A stretch of 63,712 nucleotides of DNA, counting the filler, from Basidiobolus ranarum (taxonomy: Eukaryota): NCBI GenBank assembly GCA_040143965.1. It is 12 parts of 12 records of this genome, joined end to end, with 100 filler letters (N's around TTAATTAATTAA, not from the genome) between each part and the next. Parts side by side here need not be neighbours in the genome. Positions count along the whole stretch, not along the records: positions 21,317 to 26,536 come from JASJQH010008538.1; positions 26,637 to 31,851 come from JASJQH010008539.1; positions 31,952 to 37,164 come from JASJQH010008540.1; positions 37,265 to 42,477 come from JASJQH010008541.1; 8 more parts are not named here. One strand, given 5' to 3'. This document shows, in pieces, positions 23,810 through 39,329 of this stretch. Below the pieces are notes generated by a model. The model saw only the letters and a program-made list of their open reading frames with translations, made no database searches and was not told the origin of the DNA. A program made the translations under genes and the position numbers. Position 1 is the first letter of the stretch; the number at the start of each line of letters is the position of its first letter.

Positions 23810-25260
23810 GATACAAGATTAACAATTCTGCTATAAGAGGTTTATGATTGGATAGATATGTGAGTCACATATCAGCTGAAGTCTTAGCAGATGATCCCTA
23901 ACAGAAATTTGTGCATGGTTTTTACAGGAAAACCATCCTAATTTTAATCCATTTAGGGTTGACCACTTACTTACCATCCTAAAATTGTCAAGTAACATTT
24001 AATGTTAATCAATTTTTTCAATTTCAGAGATGAAATGTAAAGTTCTTGCAAAATAGTTGCACATAATTGGCTACAATATGAGATAGCTACAGATCAACAA
24101 ATTTGTAAAATACATAACCCAAATTTTACACATTTACTACTTGAATACTAATTTGTGACATTTGAAATCCCCAGTCTCTTTGATATATTCTCCTGAATAC
24201 TGATATAAAGTATATCATACTCAAGGTTTAGCTCATATCATGAACAAGTTTTTATCAGTATTTCCACCAAAGCCCACCATCATATCAACATTGCTGAATC
24301 AATTTTCTTCCAGCTATCTGGCAGATACCCTGCAATATTGTGCCACTCTGTATTGAGTTCTTCCCAGATATCTGCATGGTCAATACCAGACTGAACATCA
24401 AGTTGAATGTTCTTCTTCTGAAACCACTTTCTGCACACTTGCACTACATTTTTCCCTTCATATTTTTGAAAATACTCCCCAAGCACTTTTACTATTTTTA
24501 TACATCCTTGTAGTATGACAATACTGAGGGTGCTTCACATTGTTTGTGGGGCTTTTTGCTTGCCTTCAACTTTGGAGCTAATTTCAACACTTTGAAAGTA
24601 CCGGTTGATGTTGGAGAGCCATGAGTTTTATTTGCTGGTGTTTTGGCTTGTTGAGAGATGCAAGGTGTTGGAAAAACTTCCAAATATAGCACTCTTACAA
24701 CTGGTGTACTTGGTTCCATGGTAAAATTATGCCTTTTTGCCAGTATATCAGCTATTATATCTGACTCTAGCAATCCAGATCTTTGTAATGGTGCAAAGAA
24801 CTTGGTATGTGGGACAGTAGAACCTAAACTCTCTAGCTCCTTTGCTTTTCCCTTGGGTTTACTAACCACCTGCTTATTGAGTACTGCCTTAGCTGCCATT
24901 CTTTCTTTTCTAAGTCCATAATTGTCTACATTTTGGTCATCCAGGTCCACAGAGAATGAAAGCACTGCAAGAGAAGGAAATAGGCTTAGGACTTGAATAA
25001 GGAAAGTGTACTGCTAAAGAATTCTGTGCAGGATGCTTACATGGAAAATAAGATTGGAAATTCTTTCCCTAAGATGGAGCTACAAGGGCTAAGCAATTGC
25101 CAGGTCTCATTCATTCTGTTCTATGTGGACCTATCATTACCATCTCACTGGGAGGGGCAAAATGCTTCATTGAATTTACCAATGACTTATTGGGATTGGC
25201 ATTTGGTTAATACTTGAAGTACAAGAGTCAAAGTCTGGAATCCTAACAAAAATAAAATTG

Positions 25261-25400
25261 ATTTGATCTGGATTAGATCCACCCTTCTAAAGCACAAAAC
25301 CATCAGAGAACCATCACAATATTGGTTGCATGCATTCTGCCAGGGATTTTGATGGTGTGACAGTGGTTTCTTGATGGTATTTTAATGGTGTTCATACATG
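25261..25400. repeat. Second copy of the ~140-bp inverted-repeat-containing element
   Basis: Matches 4833-4971. Confidence 0.75.
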
Positions 25401-25524
25401 TTATAATATTGATCCTCATATTTGGCATGTGTTATTAATTTCTGGCAATTTTTGCAAAAATATAATTTTTGAATGGCAAATTACTTGGTTTACTGCTGTA
25501 GTAATTTGAATTAATATGCATGCC

Positions 25525-26536
25525 TTATTTAGATATTTTTGGCTTTGTATTCCCGCCATAATGAGAATCAAAAAATACAAGTATCTTGTTATGTTTAGTC
25601 TCTACATATGCACATACTTGACTGATCAGACATAACTCAATAACATCAATATGCTTTACCAGAAAACTAACAGCAGAAAAATTGCTAAACATCTGAAATT
25701 TTGAATAGCACTGAAACATGGCAAATAGCTGACTCTTGTTACCATTCACAGTGAGAATAGGCTCTTGATTTTGGCAAATTTCCATACAGAATTCAGCCAT
25801 TATATCTCCAACTTGCAGTCAACAAATGTCCTGCCACAACTAGATGTGTCATTGCTTGAATAGATTACCCTATGGCTAAAACAATAATACTGCATAACTT
25901 GATCTATCTCACCAAGAAGTCTGTCTTGCAGCTTTTCTAGAAATACCATCAGATTATTACACAAACAAATTAGTCCAAATTATAGAGGTACTTACTCTGT
26001 GTCCACGGATTGGGCTTTGTTGCTGTTATTATGCTCAAACAATGCAAAAACCCATGAGCACATTGAATAGAGCCCTTTGTTGGAAGGTTAGTATACTCTG
26101 GAGTCTCCTTAGCCCATTGTAATACATCTATCACTGATTTTGCTGATACATTGTTAATCAGATTAGCATACAGTAATACTGACAATCTCACACAGAGCAT
26201 CATTTCACTGCAGGTGCACTCTTCTGGGAACTCCCACAATATATAGCAAGGGCCTATAATCTCTAAGTATTGTGAAAGATGCCACAGGGAATGTATTGAA
26301 TACCAGCATAGATGCAGTCTGTCTTCTTTAAATTTGTAATAAAGTTTTTCATATCCAATTACAAAATCTTTGAATAGTCATTGTATCAGCCTGAGATCTA
26401 CCAATGTGAGTTGATGCTGTAAGAGTATATTAACAGTATCCACAAACAACTCCCAATGTTGCCAATACTTATCAGGCAGAAATCTTTTCAAAATTCCACT
26501 TGAATATATACAAATCCAATACTTCCAGTCTTTGCA
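25525..26536 (-). mobile_element. Degenerate CACTA/En-Spm-like transposase fragment
   Basis: Minus-strand translation AKDWKYW..LPDKYWQHWELFV..FKDFVIGYEKLYY..CWYSIHSLWHLS..GPL..WEFPEE resembles the Tnp2/DUF4218 region; stops present; degraded CpG-poor DNA extends to ~22900. Confidence 0.7.
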
Positions 26537-27026
26537 NNNNNNNNNNNNNNNNNNNNNNNNNNNNNNNNNNNNNNNNNNNNTTAATTAATTAANNNNNNNN
26601 NNNNNNNNNNNNNNNNNNNNNNNNNNNNNNNNNNNNATTGGTGTATATGTATTATTTACCACACCCTATACATTGGCTACAATACTGTACCGATTCAATT
26701 TCAAAGACACTAATTAATTAAAACAAAAGCTTACTTGTTCTTAGTACTAACTTATGCGTTTAATAGACTGAGCATCATTACTTAGAGTTTTAAGCATATT
26801 TATTTCTAGTCTTATGCAACGATGTATATTTATTATTTGATATAGCTATTATCTTTCCATTATTGTGCAAAACCTACAGAGGTAACTCGCTTATGTTAAG
26901 ACATACATGTAGAGACAATTTCTATTCGTAAAGACAAAACATCACACATGAACCCATAACACTATGGAGATAACATTAGAGCAGATACTCTTTTATTGTG
27001 GAGAATCATCTACTGAACCTGGGTTT

Positions 27027-29457
<2,431 letters not shown>

Positions 29458-30187
29458 GAGTACACCTGAGCAAAAAGAGATCGAGGTTGCAACCTATCTC
29501 TGTAATATTTTTCTTGAATTCGTTTCAAAAAAATTACGGCTAATATTTTCATTACGTTTCCATATAACACCATGAATATAGATAAGAAAGGTAACCACTT
29601 AGAATATCACCAAAAGCATTGTTGATTTTGATTTACCAACCAAATCCATCTGCAATTGGCCACCGATAAAGCATTGTTATTGAGTGTGAATACTCCACGA
29701 TCTTGCTACTTTTATTTTCTTACAGCAATACATGATCGTCGATTTGATCAGATCGAATTACCACTGATTCCTTGAAACAATTACGCAACTCTCTGAATCA
29801 TCTTAGTTTACGCAGCAAGCAAACCAAACTCAAAATAATGGCAAAGCTTCATCTCAACCACATCATATATAGATTAGGAGGAGCATGAACATCTCAAATC
29901 TCAAAGTTTATGATAATTACTGTCTAATAAGCATAACGATTGTATAGAGCTCTGAACGCAAAGCAATTCAGGTTGATAAAGGAGCATCGGTATTTTCAGT
30001 GAAAAATAGCTTTAACTGAGCTCGAAGTCACAGAAGATAGAATCAACGAAATACCAATTTAATATACAATGAATTGATTGAAAAAGACAGAAAGTTATGT
30101 CATAAACAAACCTGAGCGGATGTAAAATAACATTAGACATGCTGACAGTAGGGATGATCAATCTGTACGTGGTACAACAATGATAAC

Positions 30188-31533
30188 TTAGATGGAATCT
30201 TTCACCAGTCTCCAAATACGAACTACCCCATCATCACCAGTAGAGGCTAACAAGTCAGAGTAAGCTTCTGTGGGATTCCATTGCACAGAATTGACATCGG
30301 AAACTCCATGAGGTGCGTCAATCGATGCGGCTAGAAGGAAAGTGGGAGCATCAAGATCTTGGGGAGCTTCCAGGTCCTAAAGCGAAAATGTGAGAAGTTT
30401 GGTTGACAATCATGCTCACGAAAAAGAACTCACTTCCTCAAAGATATTGATTTTATTGTCACTTCCAGCGGTAGCAATACGCCCATGATGCTTCGACCAT
30501 GAGACACTGTAAATCGCACGTGAGTGATATCCAGAAAGAGTACAGGTACACTTCCACGTAGGTAACGAGTTCGAATATGATCTTATACCAAGATCGTTTT
30601 GTGGCGTATAGCATTTCCAAATTTTGATCTTCATATCAGCGCTAACAGAGACTTTAGGGAATAGTTAGTAAAGTTTTTGGAAATGACTATGTCTAGAATA
30701 TTACCAAGTTGGTTTCCTTCGGCATCAAAATCAAGTGCCCATACAGTAGATTCATGACCTTCTAAGGTATTGCTACAAATCCAATCGTCATCCTCGTCTT
30801 CCCAAATACGAATAGTATCGTCATAACTAGCAGAAGCGAGAAGCTCTTTCTTTGGATGCCATTTAACCATTTTAACGTCTTGAGAATGCTCCTGAAGAAC
30901 TGCTAGACATTCGAAATCATCATCTGAAGCAGCTGTGGAAAGAATCAATATATTGTCGACTAGAAAAAAATCATATAAATTACAATAGCTTTACCTTCCC
31001 ATATCCAAACACTTTTATCTCTGCTGCAAGTGGCAATCAAAGAGCCACTGGCAGACCAAGCAATACTTTTAACTTCATTCTCATGACCTTCTAAAGTGGC
31101 AATGCACTCATAATCTTAAGATATTTTAGTATTGGCAGAAATCATAGTTGCTAGTTGAAAATACGGAATTCATTTACCTCCGCTTGTATCTTTTTCCCAA
31201 ACACCAGTTGTTCCATCAAAACTTCCCGTAGCAACAACTCTACCACTAGGCGAATACGCAACAGCTCTAACAGTTCTATCGTGGAAACCATCCAGCACAT
31301 TCTGGCGATGCCAGCTTGGGTTCTCACCGTTAAGATCTGAAGGCTCCCAAATTATTACAGTTTTGTCTCCACTGCAGGAAGCTAAATAAGATCCACTTGG
31401 ATGCCAGGATACTTGCCAGGCACGATCAGAATGACCTTATTTAGGAGTTAAAGATTTAATCGCATATAGTACAGTTGGCCATCACTATAACAATATTACC
31501 TTTAAGTTCTGAAACAAGTTCTAGATGTACCAT
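30188..31533 (-). CDS. CIA1: Cytosolic Fe-S assembly WD40 protein Cia1/CIAO1, 5 introns
   Basis: [55 protein letters not shown]. Confidence 0.95.
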
Positions 31534-32134
31534 GATTAGGTCAAGTATAAAGTGTGTATTAGAACTACGTAGCTTGGTCAAGTAATTACGAAGTTGATAT
31601 TATCCTAAGCTTTCTTAGCATTTTTTTTTTTATTTCGCTTAAATTAATACGCTTAAATATACTGAGCCCTACAAAAATTACGTATAAATCTTCATAATTG
31701 GTAATTGTTTCTTACAAAATTGGATGTTTAGATCGAAAGAAAGTTCTGGCCAGTTTAAACATAATCTTAGGCAAAATATAGAAATCAGTCACCCATTAAA
31801 ATAGCATAATTCATCCTCAAGCTAGGAGCAGGGATATACATATACACGAACNNNNNNNNNNNNNNNNNNNNNNNNNNNNNNNNNNNNNNNNNNNNTTAAT
31901 TAATTAANNNNNNNNNNNNNNNNNNNNNNNNNNNNNNNNNNNNNNNNNNNNTTGCCCCTTAACACTATATTTACATCCTCTGAGCTTGATTACATTGGTC
32001 ATCAGGTTAAGTATGGATATGATTCAGTATTGTCACAATATCTCAAAAGATTGATGTCTTGATTGTCACTTTGTTTAGATTAGTATTTAAGCTAAATAAA
32101 GTCTACACCATCTGGTGCTTTTCATCCCCCCTAA

Positions 32135-33364
32135 GTGGCGGTGATATCCCTGGGTGACGGTGATCATAAGCGACTGATCGCATATGTGGTAACTGAGTCA
32201 GATGAAAGCCTCGCTCACACGTTGCGCCTGTATTTGACATCTAAGATACCAGAATATATGTTGCCTAGTGCCTTTGTACGCATTGATGCTCTGCCATTGA
32301 CTCCTAATGGCAAACCTGACCGCCAAGCACTCCCACCACCAGAGGGAGCAGCTAATGTACATCATGCATATGAAGCCCCACAAGGAAAGATTGAGACAAT
32401 GCTAACAGAAATCTGGTCCGAATTGCTAGGTTTGAAATGTGTTAGTCGGCATGATAACTTCTTTGAACTTGGTGGGCATTCGCTACTCGCTGTGCGGATG
32501 ATCAGTCGTATTCACGCAGAATTGGGTATTGACTTGGCGTTGAAGATCCTCTTCGAATCACCCTCTATAGTACGTTTGGCAAGCCAAATAGAAAGAAAAG
32601 GTGATATTCACGGTGACTCATTCAACGTTTTACTTCCTATTCAACCAAAAGGTAACCGTTCCCCACTGTTTTGCATTCATCCTGCTGTGGGTCTCAGTTG
32701 GAGTTACTTTGGTCTTTCTAAACATTTAGGTCCAGAACAACCTATTTATGGTTTGCAAGCTCGTGGACACAATGGAAAAGCACCTTTTGCCGAAAATATT
32801 GAAGATATGGCCTCAGACTATCTCAGTCAAATTCGTAGTATCCAATTAAAAGGTCCCTACTACCTGCTAGGATGGTCATTTGGTGGTATTGTTGCTCATA
32901 GTATTGCAATATTACTCCAGCAACAAAATGAAAAGGTAGCACTTTTAGCTCTAATCGATAGTACTTTAGCATATTTCCACCAAAGAAATCAATTGAATAT
33001 GAATCAATTGAGCACGTACGTACAACTTCCACGCTACAGTGTTAATGATTATTCAGACTCCGGTGAGGAATTATGGGAAAAGGTCCGTGGGGTAGTTGAA
33101 AACAATCTCAAAATGGCAAAGAAGCATTCTCTGATGATTTATTATGGTAACGTACTCTTCTTTAGAGTGACAGTGCCGGAAGAAGATCAACTCCTCATTA
33201 CTCCTGATATGCTGAAACCTTACATTGTTGGAGCCATAGATACTCGACATATCTACTGCAAACACAGTGATATGGATAAGCCTGGACCCATAGCTGAGAT
33301 TGGACATACTCTGGCTAAGAAATTAAAACAAGAAACCTTCACATACCTTAAATCTCGATATTAA
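32135..33364 (+). CDS. 5'-truncated NRPS terminal module: A-subdomain, PCP, type I thioesterase
   Basis: RLIAYV..PEYMLPS..LPLTPNGK (A10); DNFFELGGHSL; TE LFCIHP..GWSFGG..LIDS..CKHSDM; no introns; sequence upstream is unrelated. Confidence 0.93.
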   Translation: MAVISLGDGDHKRLIAYVVTESDESLAHTLRLYLTSKIPEYMLPSAFVRIDALPLTPNGKPDRQALPPPEGAANVHHAYEAPQGKIETMLTEIWSELLGLKCVSRHDNFFELGGHSLLAVRMISRIHAELGIDLALKILFESPSIVRLASQIERKGDIHGDSFNVLLPIQPKGNRSPLFCIHPAVGLSWSYFGLSKHLGPEQPIYGLQARGHNGKAPFAENIEDMASDYLSQIRSIQLKGPYYLLGWSFGGIVAHSIAILLQQQNEKVALLALIDSTLAYFHQRNQLNMNQLSTYVQLPRYSVNDYSDSGEELWEKVRGVVENNLKMAKKHSLMIYYGNVLFFRVTVPEEDQLLITPDMLKPYIVGAIDTRHIYCKHSDMDKPGPIAEIGHTLAKKLKQETFTYLKSRY

Positions 33365-33791
33365 CTGAATTCGCAATCATCAGAGATCATATATACTTGA
33401 AATAAGTGTTGGTAGCTTATTGATCATCCTATAGAAAGTTACGAACCTAGCGACCACGTATCATATAACCATCCAGCTATACTTCTCTACTCTTCTCATA
33501 TTTTTGAATAAATTTTGTGCATAGACTATGTTTACTTTTTTTTTAATTGCTAATTATCTGCAACGAATGGGCAGTGAATAGAGCAACCATCCAGGAGCGT
33601 TAAATCAGGGGCTCTCTTAGTTTAACGAGTTCAATAGCTGATCAATAATCTGTTTAAGAGCACTTAGCTACCTTGGAAAGAGATACTAAACAATCTCATT
33701 TTCTTTGTATGTAGTTAGTGATATTAAATACATGTTTTATCTATACCATTAATACCTACACTTTTCCGTCGAATATTACCTACCAAATTTC

Positions 33792-33935
33792 TGTTGAAAT
33801 TAGCAATACCTAAACACCGATATAGTCATATATAGCTTAGTATTTATCCTAATTCTCAATAAATCAACAAGCGAAAGCCCCCAATTTCTCTAAATTCTCC
33901 AAACCACTTCCAACAGGCTCCCAAATACTTTAGCA
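33792..33935 (+). repeat. Internally deleted Copia LTR family A solo copy
   Basis: TGTTGAAATT...TTTAGCA; flanks ATTTC/ATCTC resemble a 5-bp TSD with one mismatch. Confidence 0.75.
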
Positions 33936-34990
33936 ATCTCAAGCATAAAGATACCCTAAGTACCACTTATTTATCCATCATGGATAAAGAAGATGGAGAA
34001 GCTACTTAGATTACCACCATCAACCTTGAGTTTGGATCTAAAATTCTAGATTATGAAACTCTTAGAACCACAACACGTTAAATCATGTGGCCACATCGTC
34101 ATAAGATTGATCATGTTCATTCAGTACATTGTGGAATATTAAGTACTATAAAATCAAAAGACTCAAACTCCGTATTTTCAAGCCCAAAGCTTGCATCATG
34201 CACACAGGATTGACATTCTTAAACGAAGATGTTATTTCATAGTGAGTTACCTTGGCTTAAACACATATATATATATATATGTACTTGAAGATATCATTAC
34301 TGATAATTGTGTACCTTTCTTTTTAATTATTTTACCAATTCAGTAGCAAAAATCAGAACCTCATTGCTATATCTCCCCACGATCTATATTCAAAGATAAT
34401 CAGTAAGGAAGACAAGACTAACAATAGCATCCAAATCCTAACCATTAGTTCCGTTTCAATATAACTTGTTTCTGATTAATTAACAGCTGATCAATAAAAT
34501 GGGATTACTTCTGGGAGTGATTGGTGTAGATCTAAACTGATTTCAGGACAATGCACAAAGTTCAACAAGTGCTTCCATTAAATGATGTAGTATAGCTTAA
34601 TTCATTTCAAGAACTATTTCAAACTTTATAGCGTTCAATCATGCATTATTGGTTTCTAGATAAGCAGAGGAAAAAACCATGCTAATAATTGATGAAGCTT
34701 GGAATCGGTAGGCTTATAAACGTAAGAGATCGGCAGAGCATTTGTGGGTATTTGTGGGCATACTGTTCTGTTTCTTCCCGACTCTATTTACAATTGATCA
34801 TAATATATATATATGAATTGAAGGCATCTTAAAACTAGAGTTTACTTAGAGGTAATTAGATCAAGCTTTGAGTCAGCCAATTCAAGAACTTCAGTTATTT
34901 ATGATGAACACGTAGGAATCAGATTAATTTTCGGCAAAATTTTTGACAGCCATTTTGATTTTTTGTCATTTACTCAATAAAAGATGAGAT

Positions 34991-35654
34991 CTAGATATAC
35001 ATTACTGATAATACGGAGAGTAGCAACACGGAAATAGTCAGAGGATTCATCAAATTAACAGTGGAAGAAGAAGTAGGAGTCGGTACTCTGGAAACATAGC
35101 TTGCTGTGGCTAAGGCAACAACGTCTTCACTTGAAACTGTTAAAGTCTTGGTTATAACAACACTATTGATGACATCACCATTGGCTAAGGTAGCCACGGG
35201 CTTTCCACCAGTGGTCGGGATGTGTATTCCAAATACAGAGTCAACAGAAGGAAGTGAGACATAAACATAAGAAGGAAAGGTCGTTTGAGTTAATGCGGTA
35301 GTGCTATTCTCAGTAGTTGAAGAAGTGGTAGAGGTTGGAGTTGTTTGAGTTAGCGCGGTAGTGCTATTCTCAGTAGTTGAAGAAATGGTAGAGGTTAGAG
35401 TTGTTTGAGCTGAAGTTGGATCTACAGGTGGGGTTAAAAATGGTTATTAGTTAATTGATTAGAAAGACACTACAATCAACAGCGGCTTACCATTGGGATT
35501 TATCGACGAGTCGATATTTTCTTGAGAATACACTGTTACGAAGTATGGCGTCAGAATATTGATGAATGAGTAATAAAATATAAACCCTAACCCTAAGATA
35601 ATTACCTGCTCCCAAAGTCATTAAAGACATCATTGCTACGGAGGATAGTTTCAT
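34991..35654 (-). CDS. Ser/Thr-rich secreted, probably GPI-anchored cell-wall protein, 2 introns
   Basis: MKLSSVAMMSLMTLGA signal; in-phase introns; 60-bp tandem repeat (~35283-35410); hydrophobic C-terminus PLTISVLLLSVLSVMYI. Confidence 0.8.
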
Positions 35655-36198
35655 GTTTGACAAGCTCGGACTAGGGCTAGAAGAATAAATAACTTGTCCA
35701 GTGGAGCTCTTCGACAGTTATATAACTGTGAGTTGTCAGATATTATTTAAATTGCCCACTATTCTGGCAATGTATCACGTGCCAAGCCAATTCATTTTCT
35801 CGAACATTTCGATTTTGCAACTAGAAGTGTATGTATATTTGTATAAATAAGGAAGTACCAGATTAGTATTAAGCATTTCTAGTTTAGATTATGGACAGAG
35901 TAATTAAAGATTTTTGATAGAAGACATTTCTCATCCACTACTATCATCTTGGATGGTTTGACGATTTGGTTAGTTGTATGGTTAGATTGGTACAGTTTGA
36001 ATAGGGTTTGAAATACCGCAAGTGATATTTAAGTTTAAAAAGAACCAAGTTCTGTGGCCAATAGTAATTTGGCAATAAGAATCGATATTGATGATGTTGT
36101 TGGCACATGTACTAATGCATACTTTCAAAAAGGAACTCGAGTTCATCTTATCCAAACGTGTGTTTTCATCTGTCAGATAGCTGAATTCAAATGTGTGA

Positions 36199-36288
36199 TA
36201 TGGGTTGTATAGGTTGTATGGGTTGTATGGGTTGCATAGGTTGTATGGGTTGTATAGGTTGTGTGGGTTGTATAGGTTGTATGGGTTG
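36199..36288. repeat. 9-bp minisatellite (TAT(G/A)GGTTG) x ~10
   Basis: Read directly from the sequence. Confidence 0.9.
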
Positions 36289-36666
36289 TCATTGTCCAGC
36301 ATGAATGAGAAAATTCTGATTAATATATCCCAAATCGGTTTAATGACTGTACATCATGCTATTTTTGTAAATCGATCTTGTTTCTTTTTTACACCTTAGC
36401 AACAAGTACAATAATGATCTTGCCATTACCAGCTTGTGAAGCGATTTATCAAGTATCACTTAGTGCTTAAACGTATAGTTAGTATATGTGTGAGTTTTCA
36501 ACGAATTGGCAATGCTGAGCTTGAACTTGCAAAGTTGCCCAAATTTACTCCAGGTGGGCTTATTTTACCCTTACACCGTTTGTTTTCTCGATTTCCACCA
36601 ATGTATGTAAATACTGTATTTGTTGACAATTGGTATATATATTCTATGTTGAAGTATATTGGGATT

Positions 36667-37164
36667 TGTTAGAAGTAGTTTGGTTTGTTGAAGTATTTTG
36701 AGAGTTGGTTAGTTAGGAGAACTAGAAGATTTGGTGGTTTTACTTGTTGATTTGTTGAGTTGAAAGTTGACATTTATGGTTTTGTCAAGATGTAAACAAG
36801 CAAACGTGCCGAATGTTTTTGAAAGAGGTCCCAGAAACAAGTGTGCAGAGTTTGGGGCTTCTGGGACAAGTTCTAAAAATCTATATATCTTCAAGTTTCT
36901 AAGTAAATTCTTCTTGAGATGTCTTAGTTCAATATGGAAGAACTAAATACTAGGCTATATATTGTTAGAGTATTTGGGAGCCTGTTGGAAGTGGTTTGGG
37001 GAATTAGAGAAATTGGTGGTTTTACTTATTGATTTATTGAGAAGAAAGTTGACATTTATAGTTTTGTCAAGATTTAGACAAAGTAACAAGTAGGGTGTGC
37101 TTAGAAAAGTCCCAGGAACATGTGTGCAAATTTTGGGGCTTCTAGCACATGTTTGAAAAATCTA
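36667..37164 (-). repeat. Two adjacent Copia LTR family A copies (36667-~36905 and 36963-37164)
   Basis: Both carry GTTGACATTTAT.GTTTTGTCAAGAT and GTGTGCA.A.TTTGGGGCTTCT. Confidence 0.85.
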
Positions 37165-39329
37165 NNNNNNNNNNNNNNNNNNNNNNNNNNNNNNNNNNNN
37201 NNNNNNNNTTAATTAATTAANNNNNNNNNNNNNNNNNNNNNNNNNNNNNNNNNNNNNNNNNNNNCATCTTAGTATCAGGAAGTGAGATTTGCTTCAAACG
37301 AGCTCTAAACCCGTTTTGGACAGCAGAGCAAACATCATGGACACGGGGCATATTGTTTGAGAGAAGTTAACTTAGGTTGGGTCCAAGGGAGCGGAGAAGA
37401 CGGATTCAACCAACAAGAGTCCTAGTAAATAAACTCTGAAGTCTTAGGAGTATAGTCGAAATTTTCGCTCAAATATCTCACTCTCCATGAAATTGATTTT
37501 AAATAAACTCTGAGTTAATGATAATTCTGATTACATTCACTATTGATTCAAGTTTGAAAGGATTCCACTGCACTTGTAAAGAGTTGTGCAAGTACTGGTT
37601 TCGAAAACCTTACCGAAAATATTATAGTATAGAAACACTAGATATTGCTCTCTGAAGCTCAAGATTGCCATACCTTTGTATTATCGATGGTGAACCTAGG
37701 GCTAGGAATGTGTTGGTTTATCGAGGTATCTCGTTTGAAACTAGTGGTTACTGATCGGTGAAGAGACCTCATTTACCATTGAACATTTGGACCAAGTTGA
37801 AGTCAAACTCAACTTAAATCAACTTTAGAATGTAGTTTTTCCTTGATGCGTCCTTACAGTTTTCCTACATCAAATCCTGTTCAGATTACTTATATGTGCT
37901 ATTTACTTCGCTTTCCTAGTGAAAGTGAAGACTTGAACCAAACCCTAATATCTATTTTTAGTGGGTATTCTATATAGTCATGAAGTTTATCTCCTTTTAT
38001 TGAACGTATCGGAAAACATCGAATCCATGATAGCAAAGTAACAAATATGGATCCTAGCCCCATCCTCTCTTACCAGAACCCATTGTGGTATCTTCAAGTC
38101 TTCCTAGATTTAAGAAGGAATTATATACATGGGAATAGATGGTACATCCGTGCAGATATTCTAATTCAGAGGAATCTCAAGGTTATTTGAGTTATCTGGA
38201 ACATATTAATAGTTGAGATTGGTGACATACATTACCGAAGCAGACTTCAAAAGTGATAACAAATATTACTCTGTTACATCACATTGATTGATGCCAATAA
38301 GGTAGATAGGCCAGGTTAGTGAATTAACTAAGCCGCATAGGATGGCATAAGCTTCAAGCCAGTGATAGGTAAATATTAATACCTAAATCAACCTTTATAG
38401 GGAGCGAGAATTCCAGAGACATTAATTTAGAACAGAGATGTATTCGGGATTGAGTGTATCAGCATAAAGGACCGGGCTGAGATCAGAGAAAGGGACGGTT
38501 TGATTACCAAGAGGTTTTTTCAATCTGACCATACTTTGATGATAACAGTCAGGATGGAAAGCGGCGGTTCTGGTGGAAAAACCATTGATTTGAGATCAAA
38601 ATCCAAGATCAATGCTTCAATTGGGCTGATCTCAAGAAGTGTTTTGAGGTATTAGAATGTTTACTCCAAAGAATGTTTCGAGAATAGTTGGTGCTTGTCA
38701 AGTAACCAGGCGCAATAGTAATCCACAATGTTTCGCAAGTACTGCAAGTAGTGATCCAACCTTTATCAGTGTACCAGGAAGTCAATTAAATAGGTTCCAA
38801 ATTTCCTTTCATGCTATGATTAATGTTGTCCATAACTACCATAGCAGGTCCTGTGTTTATCCTACACGGTTTGTAGTTTAATGTATGTATCAATATCTAG
38901 GTGTTGATGCTTGAAATGTAATGAATTAAGGCTGGTTTCGCTTGGTTTGATTACTGAGTTTATGGTAGTACTTGGTGTACAAACATCAAACCAAAAAACC
39001 CCCGAAACGGCTGATTGGTTTGAGATGATTCTTTGTTCGGAATCCGCTCCTCTCCTCACTGCACTCAAGTAATAACTTGCATTTTGTCAGAGGCATATAT
39101 TTCAGTAAGTAATGGTGATATGAATGATGAGGGTTTGTGGAAGGGCAATCGGGATAGAATCTCCATGGGGTATTCTCTCTGTTTAATACATAACTCAACA
39201 GGTATATCCATTCGATTTAAAATAAATATAGAGTAAAGCAATACACGTCAAAATTGGGTTCAAATATAATCATAAAATGTTCAGATGAATGGTAAAATAA
39301 ATAAATAGGATACTCAAATAATACACATA

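Noticed and set aside
24280-24965. ORFs 24280-24486 and 24498-24965 as host genes
   Set aside because: CpG-depleted, fragmented and downstream of the CACTA-like transposase; probably a decayed TE accessory ORF, unassignable.
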